A stretch of 64,000 nt of DNA from an uncultured bacterium (GCA_963727525.1 CAVSGO010000007.1:288001-352000); one strand, 5' to 3'. Counted from the first letter of the stretch, positions 30,537-41,144 are shown. Notes: generated from the sequence alone by a model not told the origin. Translations and numbers: made by a program.

Positions 30537-31817
30537 TTACCTCCCGGAATGCAGGGGTGGAGGGGGGGACGTGGCGGCGCGCGCGGTGTTCGTCAGCGTA
30601 GAACCGGCCTGGACCACGACTTTATCACTGGTGCGCTGGACGAAGGCCACCAAGGCCTTGCCATGCGGCGTCAAGATCGAGACGGGGTTGGTGGTGGGAT
30701 CGGGTTCGACGAGGGTGACAGAATAGTCGTGCAGTCCGGCCGCGAGCGCGCCCAGGTTCATCGAGGCCACGACGTGATCGCGGACGACGTTGTGGAACGT
30801 GCTGACGCCCTGATACACGGCCGCCGTCTCGACCTCCTCGTAGGTCAGGACGACACTCAGCGAGTAGCCGGTGAGATCGACGTCGGCAGGCAGATCGAGC
30901 GTGACGGTGGCGTCGACATTGAGATCGCTGAAATCGGGCGTCGGGATGATGATCGCGAAATCGGCGTCCCCGCTCTCCGCGACGATGCTGCTTTGCATCG
31001 CGGTGACGCCCGGCGGGGTGCCATAGGCACCGGCCAGAGCGCCATCGATGAAGAGCGACGGGTGGTTGAAGGAACCAGCCGGATTGTAGTACGCCATGCG
31101 CGCGTCCATCACCTGCTGCGACGTCCAGTAGAAGGGATCGGCGGGTGTGGGCACGTCTCCCACCCATTTCACGTAGATGACCTGGTCGGCGCCGTAGCCC
31201 GGTTGGCTCTGCAAGTACTCCACGTTGGCGTTGAAGGCCGGACAGCCGGTGCAGTGTACGTTGGAGAATCCCTCGAACAGCACGATGCGTGCGATGGCGA
31301 GCGAGGTAAGGGCGAAGTCGGCGGTGGCCGTCTCTTCGGCCACGACCGACACCTCCCGCGACTCCGGGTCGACGTCGAATCCATCCAGGACCACCGACAC
31401 CATGTGATCGCCCGGCAACAGGTCGGTGAAGGTGTGGGGCGTGAGGAACCCGCTATCGGTGCCGTCGAGCATGATCGCGGCGCCGGCCGGCGTCGACGTG
31501 ACGGTGAGGCCGCCCACGTGCGCGGCGAGCGTGAAGTCCGCACCTGCCGTGCCCCCGTAGGGGACGGTGACGGTGCGCTGGGCCGGGATCGGTGTGTGGT
31601 CTGCGAGTTCGACCGCGATATTGTACGTGCCACCTTCAACGTCAGTGAAGGTATGGGGAGTCACGTACGCGGTCACGGCGCCGTCGAGGCGGATGGCGGC
31701 CCCGGAAGGATCGGACGTGACCGTGAGGTCGCCAGGGGCCGGGGCTTCGCGGCCGCAGGCGGCCACGAGTACCAGCGTGACGAGGACGATGGCGAGAGCA
31801 GAGTGGCGGACGCGCAA
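30537..31817 (-). CDS. Lipoprotein with two PEGA domains and an Omp28-like CxxC thioredoxin-fold domain
   Basis: GGAGG then TTG 31817; lipobox VAAC; PEGA repeats VTSDPSGAAIRLDG / VTSTPAGAAIMLDG; RIVLFEGFSNVHCTGCP; HNVVRD; VAFVQ. Confidence 0.8.
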   Translation of the reverse strand: MRVRHSALAIVLVTLVLVAACGREAPAPGDLTVTSDPSGAAIRLDGAVTAYVTPHTFTDVEGGTYNIAVELADHTPIPAQRTVTVPYGGTAGADFTLAAHVGGLTVTSTPAGAAIMLDGTDSGFLTPHTFTDLLPGDHMVSVVLDGFDVDPESREVSVVAEETATADFALTSLAIARIVLFEGFSNVHCTGCPAFNANVEYLQSQPGYGADQVIYVKWVGDVPTPADPFYWTSQQVMDARMAYYNPAGSFNHPSLFIDGALAGAYGTPPGVTAMQSSIVAESGDADFAIIIPTPDFSDLNVDATVTLDLPADVDLTGYSLSVVLTYEEVETAAVYQGVSTFHNVVRDHVVASMNLGALAAGLHDYSVTLVEPDPTTNPVSILTPHGKALVAFVQRTSDKVVVQAGSTLTNTARAATSPPPPLHSGR

Positions 31818-32193
31818 CGCGTAACCCTCCGGGGTTGAGGATGAGGGTGGGGGCGCTTGCGAAATCATGCGGCACACGACGAAAGCCCAGTATACTATCC
31901 GGAGCTCATGCGAGTCAAATCGTTATGCCGATCGAACCGGTCCGGTCGTGATATTCGCGACTGTACCGTGCACGGGTCGCCTCCCCGCCGCGGGTTCTCT
32001 TCCCAGTCCCGAAATGATCAAATATCAATCACGGGTCTGGAATTAATCCTATAAAAATCCTGATAACATTAAAAATTTTAGTTGTTCAATATTCAACAAG
32101 GTGCTCTCGTGTGCTATCCTGAATGCTGGTTTTCGCAACTCGATTGCCCCGTGCGGAGCGTGCGGGGCCCGTACCCAGTGAAAGGAACCGAGA

Positions 32194-35100
32194 ATGCGCT
32201 TGCGATATTCCCTCGCGGCCATGCTGGTGCTCGTCCTGGCGGCCGGGACGGCGCTGGCCGGTACCCACAGTATTCCCGTATCCGGCGACCATGCTCAGCT
32301 CACGCTGGCGAACGAGAGCCCCACGGCTCTGCGGTATCACATCGAGGTAGGCACCCTCGAGGCCATGGATGTCGCGACCAAGGGTGGCGACTTCACGCGC
32401 CTGCTCATTCCCGGTTTCCACAGCTCCCAGGTCGACGGCGCTCCCGAGCTGCCGATGATGAATCGGCTGATCAGCGTGCCCTTCGGCGCCACGGCACGGG
32501 TCGAGATGACCAACGTGCAGACGCGCACGGTCAAGCTGGCGGACTTCGGCGTCACCAGTGCGCTCATGCCGCACCAGCCGAGCCTGGCGAAGAACCAGGA
32601 TCCGGCGACGGTGCCGTTCCTGTACGACGCGGCGGCCTACGCGCAGACCAAGGTCGAGCGTCCGCTCGCGCAGGTCGTGTCCCAGGGCCGGCTGCGCGCC
32701 ATGGATATCGCGCGCCTGGAGATCTCGCCGGTGCGGTACCTGCCGGCCAGTGGTGAGCTGGAAGTGGTCTCGAGCTTCGACCTCGCGGTCGATTTCGACG
32801 GCGCCGATCAGGCTGCCGGCGAGGCGCTGCGCGCCAGCACGTACAGCCCCTTCTTCCAGGGCCTGTACACCATGGTCGACGGCAACCGGACCTTCCAGGA
32901 CGACTACCCCGACCGTGTGGGTGACGTCGTCACGATGGTCATCGTCACGCCGCCCGAGTTCGAGGCCATGCTGGCCGACTACATCGCCTGGAAGACCGAG
33001 CGCGGATTCCGCGTGGTCGTGGGCGTCATCGGCTCCGGCGAGGTGGGCTCCACCACGACGAGCATCCGGACCTACGTGCAGGGCCTGTACAACAACGCCA
33101 CGCCCGAGCTGCCGGCGCCGAGCTTCGTGCTCTTCGTCGGCGACGTGGCCCAGTGCCCGACGTTCCAGGAGTCCGGCGACGCGACCGACCGCCCGTACTG
33201 CGCGGTCGACGCCGACCTGATGCCCGACATGTACTACGGCCGCATGTCGGCCACGAATCCGTCGCAGCTGCAGGCGCAGCTCGACAAGACCATGATGTAC
33301 GAGACCTACTCGATGCCGGATCCCGGCTACCTGGATGAGGTGACGATGATCGCCGGCGTCGACGGGTCCTACGGCCCGGTGTGGGCGAACGGCCAGATCA
33401 ACTACGGCACGTCCACGTACTTCAACGAGGCGCACGGCATCCTGAGCCATACCTACCTCTATCCCGAGTCGGGCAGCGCCGAGGCTCAGATCATCCAGAA
33501 CCTGAACGACGGCGTGGCCTACATCAACTACACGGCGCACGGCAGCGAAACGGGCTGGTACGATCCGGCCCTGACCCAGGCCAACGTCAACTCGTTGACC
33601 AACGCGGGCAAGTACTGCCTCGCGGTCGGCAACTGCTGCCTCACCTCGACCTACGACTACGGCGAGTGCCTCGGCGAGACGTTCCTGCGCGCTCCCAACA
33701 AGGGCGCCGTCGGCTACATCGGCGGTTCCAACTCCACGTACTGGGACGAGGACTACTGGTGGGGCGTCGGCTACACCTCCAGCATCATCGTCAACCCCAC
33801 GTACGCGGGCACGCACCTCGGCGCCTACGACGGCATCTTCCATGAGCACGGCGAGGCGCAGGATGGCTGGTACGTGACCAACGACGCCATCGTGTTCGCC
33901 GGCAACCTCGCCGTGACTGAGGCGGGCTCGAGCCGTATCACGTACTACTGGAATATCTACAATCTGCTGGGCGACCCGTCGCTGTCCACGTGGATCGGCA
34001 TGCCGGACGTGAACCCGGTGACGTACCCGCAGACCGTGTTCGTCGGCACGCCGACCTTCACGATCACCGGCGCCAACGGCACCTACGTCGGCCTGACCCA
34101 GGACGGCGTGCTGGTGGGCAGCGGCACCATCCCCGAGAGCGGCAGCCTCGACATCGCGTACACCCAGGTACTCACGCCCGGTGTGCCCCTGAAGCTGGTC
34201 GCCATGGCGCAGTTCATGGAACCGGTCATCACCGAACTGAACGTGATCGTGCCGGCCACCGTCACGATCAACCCGATGACGATCGACGCCAACACGCCGA
34301 CCGCCATCACCGTCACTGTGATGGACGCCGGCGGCGTGGTGCCGCAGCAGGGCATCAACGTCTGGGCCGAGGGTCTCGAGTATACGACCACTCCGGTGAT
34401 GACGAACGCCAGCGGCGTGGCCGTGATCAACGTCAACTATCCGTACGGCCCGACGCTGGATATCGTCGGCCAGGATCCAAGCGAGACCTACCGGCTGTTC
34501 ACGGAGCAGGTCGCGGTCAACGCCCAGGCGCTGACGAATCCCGACCTCACCGTGACCACTGCGATCGGTCTCGACGATGCCTTCCCGCTGAACCTGCCCG
34601 GCACGCTGCACGCGAGCGTCGGCCAGACCGGCTACACGCTGTACGCGCTCATGCCGGATGGCTCGGTGCTGAGCAGCGCCACGTCGACCCTCACGGCCAC
34701 GGCCACCGAGCCGGGCCAGGTGACGGGTATCATCGCGCGCAGCGGCTACGACCTGTATAGCGAGGCATTCGATGTGATCGAGGCCTACGGCACCGTGAGC
34801 GGCACAGTCACCACCGGCGGCTCCCCGCTGACCGGCGTCACCGTGCATATGTTCGATGGCGCCAATGAGGTCTTCGCGGCCACGACGAACGGCAGCGGCG
34901 TCTATACCGCGCCCGAGGACATTCTCGTCGCCAACTACACCATCGTGGTGGATCACTTCGGCTATCTGCACTTCGAGCAGGGCGTGTTCGTGAATTATGG
35001 CGCGAACACGTTCGATATCGCGCTCACGGCGGCCCCTTCGGGTACCCTGAGCGGCCACGTGTACGACTCCGTGTCGTTGGATCCGCTCGAGGGCGCCACG

Positions 35101-36945
35101 GTGCAGGTGTACCGCGCGGACGACGGCAGCCTGTACACCACCGCGACCTGCGACGCGTCGGGTGCGTACATGTCTAGCGTCCTGCCGTACTTCACCTACA
35201 ACATCCGCGTGCGTGCGTGGCATCACGTGCCGGTGACGGCCGAGGTCGTCGTCACCGAAGCGAGCACGGAGAAGGACTGGCTGCTCGATCCCACGATGGG
35301 CGACCTGGTGCTCATCGACGACGGCGCCAAGTCGGCGTTCGTCGAGGCGAAGATCGACGGCAAGGACCAGCAGATGGTCGCGCCCGAGTACACCCGCGAC
35401 GGTGGCAAGAGCGCCACCGAACTGGCGGCCGATCTGGAGGACCTGGGCTACTTCGTCACCATGGAGGACGCGGCGTCCGTCGATCCGGCCACGTTCGAGA
35501 ATTACGACCTGGTCATCCTGACCTGCGGCGACAACACGACCACGCTGGCCAACGCGGCACTGAAGACTGGCCTCGTGCAGTTCGCCCAGCAGGGTGGGCA
35601 CATCCTGCTCGAGGGCGGCGAACTGGGCTACAACCAGTATGCCGATGCCAGCTTCGCCACCTGGGTCCTGCACTCCAACGACTGGAACCACGACTCGGCC
35701 GGCACCATCCAGATCGGTGCCTCGAGCCACGCCGTGGCGACGATCCCCAACGACCTGACCAACACCACGATCGATCTCAATTACGTCGGCTACGGCGACA
35801 GCGACGGCATGGTGCCCCTGGCGGATGCGACGGCGGTGGCCGTGTGGACATCGTATGCCACCGAGGCCAGCATCATCGCCTACGATCCGAATCCGGCGCC
35901 CAATGGTGGCCAGATCGTCTACTTCTGCTTCAATTACGCGGCGGCGGGCGCCGAGCGCGTGCAACTGCTCGAGAACGCAGTGATCTATCTGCTGACGCCG
36001 GAAGCCGGCACCTGCAGCGTGAGCGGCCACGCCACGCTGTCCGGCCAGAGCGACGCCAGCGGCATCACCGTGCGGGCCATCCCCAACGGCGGCGTCGTCA
36101 CGACGGGTGCCGACGGTGCCTACACCCTCGAGGGTCTGTTCGCGGGCCCGTACACCATCGTGGCCTCGAAGGACGGCTGGTCGTCCGATTCGGCGACTGT
36201 GTCACTGGGCGACAACGAGCACCTCACAGGTGTCGACTTCACGCTCACGCCCACGGCGACGACCGACTACTGCACACAGCCGGCCTCGCCGATCAACGAC
36301 AATCAGACCACGACAAGCGTCATGCCGATTGCCGACACGGGCACGGTGTCCGAGATCGCCGTGTACGTGGACATCACGCACACCTACATCGGCGACCTCA
36401 TCGTCACGCTGACCGCGCCCGATGGTACGGCCGTCATGCTGCACAATCGCAGCGGCGGCACCACCGATGACATCCTCGGCTGGTATCCCGACGACATCAC
36501 GCCGGCGGGCGACCTGGCCTCGATGATCGGGTGCCCCGTGGCTGGCGACTGGACGCTCACGGTGAGCGACAACGCCGGCGGTGATACCGGCACGCTCAAC
36601 GAATGGTGCGTGCGCATCACCCACGGCACCGGCGGGGCCACCGCCGTGGCCGACGACGCCATGCCGGCGGCGTTCCACGCCTACGCCAACTATCCGAACC
36701 CGTTCAACCCGATGACGGCGATCAAGTTCGATCTGCCTCACGCGTCCCATGTGCGCCTGCACGTGTACGACCTCGCCGGCCGTCTGGTGAAGACGCTGGT
36801 GAACGAGGACCGCGCGGCTGCATCGCATACCGTGGTGTGGAACGGCACGGACGACACCGGTCACCGTGTCGCGAGCGGCATCTACTACTACCGCCTCAGC
36901 ACCGACACCGACCACGCCATCGGCAAGATGACCTTGGTCAAGTAA
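32194..36945 (+). CDS. Large C25 (gingipain-like) peptidase with carboxypeptidase-regulatory-like repeats, P-domain and FlgD-Ig CTD
   Basis: Signal peptide and propeptide; WKTERG, INYTAHG, VGNCCLT, YNLLGDP; P-domain VDITHTYIGDL..GDWTLTVSD; NYPNPFNP. Confidence 0.92.
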   Translation: MRLRYSLAAMLVLVLAAGTALAGTHSIPVSGDHAQLTLANESPTALRYHIEVGTLEAMDVATKGGDFTRLLIPGFHSSQVDGAPELPMMNRLISVPFGATARVEMTNVQTRTVKLADFGVTSALMPHQPSLAKNQDPATVPFLYDAAAYAQTKVERPLAQVVSQGRLRAMDIARLEISPVRYLPASGELEVVSSFDLAVDFDGADQAAGEALRASTYSPFFQGLYTMVDGNRTFQDDYPDRVGDVVTMVIVTPPEFEAMLADYIAWKTERGFRVVVGVIGSGEVGSTTTSIRTYVQGLYNNATPELPAPSFVLFVGDVAQCPTFQESGDATDRPYCAVDADLMPDMYYGRMSATNPSQLQAQLDKTMMYETYSMPDPGYLDEVTMIAGVDGSYGPVWANGQINYGTSTYFNEAHGILSHTYLYPESGSAEAQIIQNLNDGVAYINYTAHGSETGWYDPALTQANVNSLTNAGKYCLAVGNCCLTSTYDYGECLGETFLRAPNKGAVGYIGGSNSTYWDEDYWWGVGYTSSIIVNPTYAGTHLGAYDGIFHEHGEAQDGWYVTNDAIVFAGNLAVTEAGSSRITYYWNIYNLLGDPSLSTWIGMPDVNPVTYPQTVFVGTPTFTITGANGTYVGLTQDGVLVGSGTIPESGSLDIAYTQVLTPGVPLKLVAMAQFMEPVITELNVIVPATVTINPMTIDANTPTAITVTVMDAGGVVPQQGINVWAEGLEYTTTPVMTNASGVAVINVNYPYGPTLDIVGQDPSETYRLFTEQVAVNAQALTNPDLTVTTAIGLDDAFPLNLPGTLHASVGQTGYTLYALMPDGSVLSSATSTLTATATEPGQVTGIIARSGYDLYSEAFDVIEAYGTVSGTVTTGGSPLTGVTVHMFDGANEVFAATTNGSGVYTAPEDILVANYTIVVDHFGYLHFEQGVFVNYGANTFDIALTAAPSGTLSGHVYDSVSLDPLEGATVQVYRADDGSLYTTATCDASGAYMSSVLPYFTYNIRVRAWHHVPVTAEVVVTEASTEKDWLLDPTMGDLVLIDDGAKSAFVEAKIDGKDQQMVAPEYTRDGGKSATELAADLEDLGYFVTMEDAASVDPATFENYDLVILTCGDNTTTLANAALKTGLVQFAQQGGHILLEGGELGYNQYADASFATWVLHSNDWNHDSAGTIQIGASSHAVATIPNDLTNTTIDLNYVGYGDSDGMVPLADATAVAVWTSYATEASIIAYDPNPAPNGGQIVYFCFNYAAAGAERVQLLENAVIYLLTPEAGTCSVSGHATLSGQSDASGITVRAIPNGGVVTTGADGAYTLEGLFAGPYTIVASKDGWSSDSATVSLGDNEHLTGVDFTLTPTATTDYCTQPASPINDNQTTTSVMPIADTGTVSEIAVYVDITHTYIGDLIVTLTAPDGTAVMLHNRSGGTTDDILGWYPDDITPAGDLASMIGCPVAGDWTLTVSDNAGGDTGTLNEWCVRITHGTGGATAVADDAMPAAFHAYANYPNPFNPMTAIKFDLPHASHVRLHVYDLAGRLVKTLVNEDRAAASHTVVWNGTDDTGHRVASGIYYYRLSTDTDHAIGKMTLVK

Positions 36946-36967
36946 CCGGCCGCGCAATCGGTACGGA

Positions 36968-36999
36968 ACGTGCGGGGAGCCCTGTGGCTCCCCGCACGT
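36968..36999 (+). terminator. Terminator-like hairpin
   Basis: 14-bp inverted repeat ACGTGCGGGGAGCC/GGCTCCCCGCACGT after the C25 stop. Confidence 0.65.
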
Positions 37000-37136
37000 G
37001 TTCGAATCCAGAAAGTCGATATTCATAAATCAGATGATTTTGTTCTTTTATGGCGAGCCGTGGCCGTGGCACCATTCCCGGCGAAACGCCGGCAGAGGGA
37101 GACGCCGGTACGCACCCGCAACGGAAGGCCACGCCG

Positions 37137-37691
37137 ATGACCCCCCGACTCCTCGACCACCCGTTCTACCGCGCCTGGATCGACGGCACCGTCACTCCCG
37201 CGCAGCTTGCCGATTACCACGCGTCGTATGCCCAGTTCATCGACGCGATCCCGCGCTACTGGCAGCGGGTTGTCGACGCACTCGACCGCGACAGCCCCGT
37301 GGGGGCCGCCATCGTGGACGAGGAGAGGCAGCACATCGCCCTCTGGGAGCGCTGGCGTACGGGGTTGCCGGAAACGTCGCGTCCGCACGGCATGGACGAT
37401 ATCTGCGAGCATTTCGACGCATTGCCGCCGGCCGCCCTGCTCGGCGCGCTCCATGCATTCGAGGTCCAGCAACCCGAGGTCGCACTTACCAAGCGGGAAG
37501 GTCTGATACGCTGGTACGGCTGCGCGGAGGCCGATGTCACCTATTTCGATGCTCACCTCGCCGAGGAGCCGCATCTGGAGTACGGCCGCGATCTCGCCGC
37601 GCGACTCGTCTCGCACGAGGAGTTCGAGGCGGGCTTCGCCAGAAGCGCCGAGGTGCTCTTCACGAGCCTCGATCGCTTCCTGGACACCTGA
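37137..37691 (+). CDS. Heme-oxygenase-like diiron protein (CADD/PqqC/TenA superfamily)
   Basis: LLDHPFYRAW..G, EE..H..LW, AFE.Q.PEVA.TK.EGL..YG, YF..H..EE.H. Confidence 0.75.
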   Translation: MTPRLLDHPFYRAWIDGTVTPAQLADYHASYAQFIDAIPRYWQRVVDALDRDSPVGAAIVDEERQHIALWERWRTGLPETSRPHGMDDICEHFDALPPAALLGALHAFEVQQPEVALTKREGLIRWYGCAEADVTYFDAHLAEEPHLEYGRDLAARLVSHEEFEAGFARSAEVLFTSLDRFLDT

Positions 37692-37799
37692 TGTCGCCAA
37701 GCGGTGTCACCGCGGCGCTCTTTGTCACGCCAGCGTGACGTCCGGCGCGAGCCTTTCGCGCGTAAATCCCGTCGCAACTGGATTTTGCAGCATCGGATC

Positions 37800-37808
37800 T
37801 GCTATAAT
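37800..37808 (+). promoter_or_regulatory. Extended -10 promoter element
   Basis: TGcTATAAT about 75 nt upstream of the M14 peptidase. Confidence 0.55.
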
Positions 37809-37882
37809 TGAAGACGGAAAAACCGCGGGCACCTCGGTGCCCGCAGCGCCTCGCCGACTCGTGACCCGGAGGACGTTCCACG

Positions 37883-40444
37883 ATGATGTCGCGCTCGATC
37901 CGCCTGCCGCTCGCGCTGGTTCTGCTGGCCCTGCTCTGCGGCGTCGCCGCCGCCGCCGACCTTGCCATCCCGGTCGATCGTGATGGCCTACCCCAGTGGG
38001 TCCCGGCACAATGGAACGATTTCCCCGTACGGCTCACCGTCGCCACGCGCGAGGACCTCGACGCTCTGCTGGCGCGCGTCCCCATCGCGAGCTTCTCGCG
38101 TGAGCAGGTCTCCACCGTGCACACGACGCCCAAGGATCTGCACATCGTATTCCAGCCGCGCGTGACGGCGAGCGAGTTCGACGCGCTCGTGGCGGCCGGG
38201 TACGCCCCGGTGAAGGTGCGTGATCTCGATCGTGAGGGCCGCGAGGACGCGGAGCAGGTGTGGGCGCAGATGGCGCGCGAGGGCAAGTCGGCTGCGCTCG
38301 ACACGTACCCGCTCACGTACTACCCGACCAACGATCAGATCGGCACCATGCTGCAGACGCTGGCGTCAACCTATCCCGACAAGGCTGCCTACTTCACCTG
38401 GGGGCAGTCGGTCGCCGGGCGCACGCTCCACGGCATCCACATCACGGACAACGTGATGACGGCCGAAGCCGAGCCCGAGGTGCGTATCAGCTCGAGCATG
38501 CACGGCGACGAGGTCGTCGGCCTGGTCTTGACGCTCGACTTCGCCTACTACCTGCTGGAAAACTACGGTCAGGCTGGTCACGAGGATGTCACCAACCTCG
38601 TCGACAACTACGACATCACGCTCATGCCGTCGTACAACCCGGACGGCACGGCCCTCGACCAGCGCTACAACCAGAACGGTGTCGACCTCAATCGCAACTT
38701 TCCGCTGCCGGCCGGGACCGATCCGATCCAGGAGCTGGAAAACGTCAACTTCATGAACTTCTGCAACGCCCGCCACGCGGTGCTCAGCGAGAACTACCAC
38801 GGCGGTTCGCTGGTCGTGAACTACCCCTGGGACTACACGTACACGCTTGCGCCCGACGATGCCGCCCTCATTCAGATGTCCCTCGAGTACAGCACCTACA
38901 ACCTGCCCATGTACAACGGCGCCTTCGATCACGGCATCACCAACGGCGCTGCCTGGTACGTCGTCTACGGATCGTTGCAAGACTGGTGCTACGACCAGAC
39001 CGACGACATCAACGTCACGATCGAGGTCTCGAACACCAAGTGGCCCTCCGCGGGCACGCTGGCCGGATTCTGGAACGACAACCGCGAGAGCCTCATGCAC
39101 TGGGTGAAGTCGGCGCGCTATGGCGTGAACGGCGTCGTCACCGCCGCCGACACCGGCCTGCCGCTGGCCGCCACCGTCACCGTGAACGGGATCTCCACCG
39201 AGGTGCACACCGATCCCGCCGCCGGCGACTACTACAAGCTGCTTCCCACGGGCACGTATACGATCACCTACGAGGCGACAGGCTACGTTCCGCAAACGCT
39301 CACGGGTGTCGCCACCACCTGGGGCACACCGACCGTGCAGGACGTGGTGATGCAGCCGCTGGCGCAGGGCCTCGTCAGCGGCACCGTGACCGATCCCAGC
39401 GGTCAGGGTCTGGATGCGCTGATCGAGATCAGGAGCTGGCCGCAGGGCGAGTTGGTCGACTCCGTCAGCAGCGACGCCGCCAGCGGCGGTGCCTTCTCCA
39501 CGTCGCTCTTCTACGGAGACTACACGTTCACCGCGAGCGCGCCCGACCACTTCACCGAATCGCAACAGGTGACGATCGGCGCCACGCCGGCCACCGTAGA
39601 CTTCGTGCTCGGCGGCATGGTCACGAGCTACCCCGTGGTGGAAGACTTCGAGTCGGGCCCGGGCGCCTTCACCGGCGACTGGTTCGTCACCGACACCACG
39701 GGCCACAACAGCACCCACAGCATGACGGACAGCGAGGGCAATTACGCCAGCAGCACCACCACGTACTGCAATCTCGAAACGAGCGTGAACCTGGTGGGCG
39801 TGATGGACCCAGCCGTCAGTTTCTACGCGAAGTGGAGCATCGAGAACAACTGGGACGCCGTGTTCTTCGAGATCTCCACGGACGGCGGCTCCGCCTGGAC
39901 CGCGCTCGCCACCACGTACACGAACGCCGCCAGCGGCCAGGGCGCACAGCTTCCTGCCGGCACGCCCTGCTTCGATGGCAGCCAGGCCAACTGGGTCTAC
40001 AACGTGGTCGACCTGACGCCTTACATCGGCGAGTCTGACGTCAGCTTCCGGTTCCGCCTGTCCTCGGACACCAGCATCAATTACGACGGCTTCTACTTCG
40101 ACGACTTCCAGATCAAGATCGTCACCGAGACCGGTGGCGAGACCCCGGTCTCCGACACGCCGATCGCCATCGCGGCCGACGTTGCGGCCTATCCGAACCC
40201 ATTCAATCCTCAGACCACGCTCAAGTTCATGAACCCGCGCGCCGGCCACGTCCAGCTGGCGATCTTCGACCTGCAGGGCCGCCACATGCGGTCCCTCGTG
40301 GACGGCGAATTTGCCGCCGGCACCCACGACGTGACGTGGGACGGCCGCGGCGACGACGGACGACCGGCCGGCAGCGGGATCTACCTCGCGCGCCTGAAGG
40401 CCGACGATTCCTCCGCCAGTGCCAAGCTGATGCTCGTGAAGTGA
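37883..40444 (+). CDS. M14 zinc carboxypeptidase with regulatory-like domains and FlgD-Ig CTD
   Basis: Signal peptide; MHGDE, NPDG, DLNRNFP, NYHGG, NYPWD, GSLQDW; AYPNPFNP. Confidence 0.92.
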   Translation: MMSRSIRLPLALVLLALLCGVAAAADLAIPVDRDGLPQWVPAQWNDFPVRLTVATREDLDALLARVPIASFSREQVSTVHTTPKDLHIVFQPRVTASEFDALVAAGYAPVKVRDLDREGREDAEQVWAQMAREGKSAALDTYPLTYYPTNDQIGTMLQTLASTYPDKAAYFTWGQSVAGRTLHGIHITDNVMTAEAEPEVRISSSMHGDEVVGLVLTLDFAYYLLENYGQAGHEDVTNLVDNYDITLMPSYNPDGTALDQRYNQNGVDLNRNFPLPAGTDPIQELENVNFMNFCNARHAVLSENYHGGSLVVNYPWDYTYTLAPDDAALIQMSLEYSTYNLPMYNGAFDHGITNGAAWYVVYGSLQDWCYDQTDDINVTIEVSNTKWPSAGTLAGFWNDNRESLMHWVKSARYGVNGVVTAADTGLPLAATVTVNGISTEVHTDPAAGDYYKLLPTGTYTITYEATGYVPQTLTGVATTWGTPTVQDVVMQPLAQGLVSGTVTDPSGQGLDALIEIRSWPQGELVDSVSSDAASGGAFSTSLFYGDYTFTASAPDHFTESQQVTIGATPATVDFVLGGMVTSYPVVEDFESGPGAFTGDWFVTDTTGHNSTHSMTDSEGNYASSTTTYCNLETSVNLVGVMDPAVSFYAKWSIENNWDAVFFEISTDGGSAWTALATTYTNAASGQGAQLPAGTPCFDGSQANWVYNVVDLTPYIGESDVSFRFRLSSDTSINYDGFYFDDFQIKIVTETGGETPVSDTPIAIAADVAAYPNPFNPQTTLKFMNPRAGHVQLAIFDLQGRHMRSLVDGEFAAGTHDVTWDGRGDDGRPAGSGIYLARLKADDSSASAKLMLVK

Positions 40445-40461
40445 CAACTTGACGGCGCGCA

Positions 40462-40496
40462 GAGGCCCGGCAGCCACCCTCCGACTGCCGGGCCTC
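40462..40496 (+). terminator. Hairpin after the M14 peptidase
   Basis: 12-bp inverted repeat GAGGCCCGGCAG/CTGCCGGGCCTC. Confidence 0.55.
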
Positions 40497-40534
40497 GTCT
40501 CGTCACCGACATTCGACACGCCACCCACACACAA

Positions 40535-40587
40535 CGCGACCCGCACCTCACGCCACCATCGAAAGGTGGCGCACGGTGCGGGTCGCG
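40535..40587 (-). terminator. Long hairpin after the convergent small gene
   Basis: 13-bp and 7-bp stems separated by a 3x3 internal loop. Confidence 0.5.
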
Positions 40588-40605
40588 AATCGTCGATCGC
40601 GGACG

Positions 40606-40926
40606 CTAGTTCGTGAGGTTCATCGCCCGGCGCAAACGGCGCTTCAGGCGATGGATCTTACGCCGCTCGAACCGCAGCTTGGCGGGGTCCTTGGCCTCAA
40701 GAGCGGCATCGCGCGCCTGCTTGTGGCTCCGGATCTTCGCCTTCACCGCCGTCTTGTCGAGTCCCTCGATCACCTTGTGCGGCTTCTCGATCCCCATCAA
40801 CTGCGCGAGTTCCTCGACGAGCTGATCCTTCTTCCAGGAAAGCACGCCTTGAACCTGCGGCGCCTTCTCCTTCATCATGTCGCGGAGATCTGCCACCCGC
40901 TTCTTCTGCAACTCATGCCAGTCCAC
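40606..40926 (-). CDS. Small basic hypothetical protein (Rho N-terminal-like helical start)
   Basis: GGAGG RBS before GTG; ELQKKRVADLR...KKDQLVEEL; Lys/Arg-rich; host-like codon usage. Confidence 0.7.
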   Translation of the reverse strand: MDWHELQKKRVADLRDMMKEKAPQVQGVLSWKKDQLVEELAQLMGIEKPHKVIEGLDKTAVKAKIRSHKQARDAALEAKDPAKLRFERRKIHRLKRRLRRAMNLTN

Positions 40927-41144
40927 GCATCATCCTCCCACACACAAAGAGACGACTGCCCCGGCCCGGTCCCAGGGCAGAGAATCGACGCCCCATTGTC
41001 GTCAATTCGCCGCGGGATGTCAACCTGCCGGCCCGGTCATGCGGCCGAGACGAGCGCCGATACCCCTCTTCCGCGCCGCCCATCCGCCTCACATCACGGA
41101 CCAGACAAGTTGAGAATTTCGCGTCATTTGTCGCCTCTCAACGC

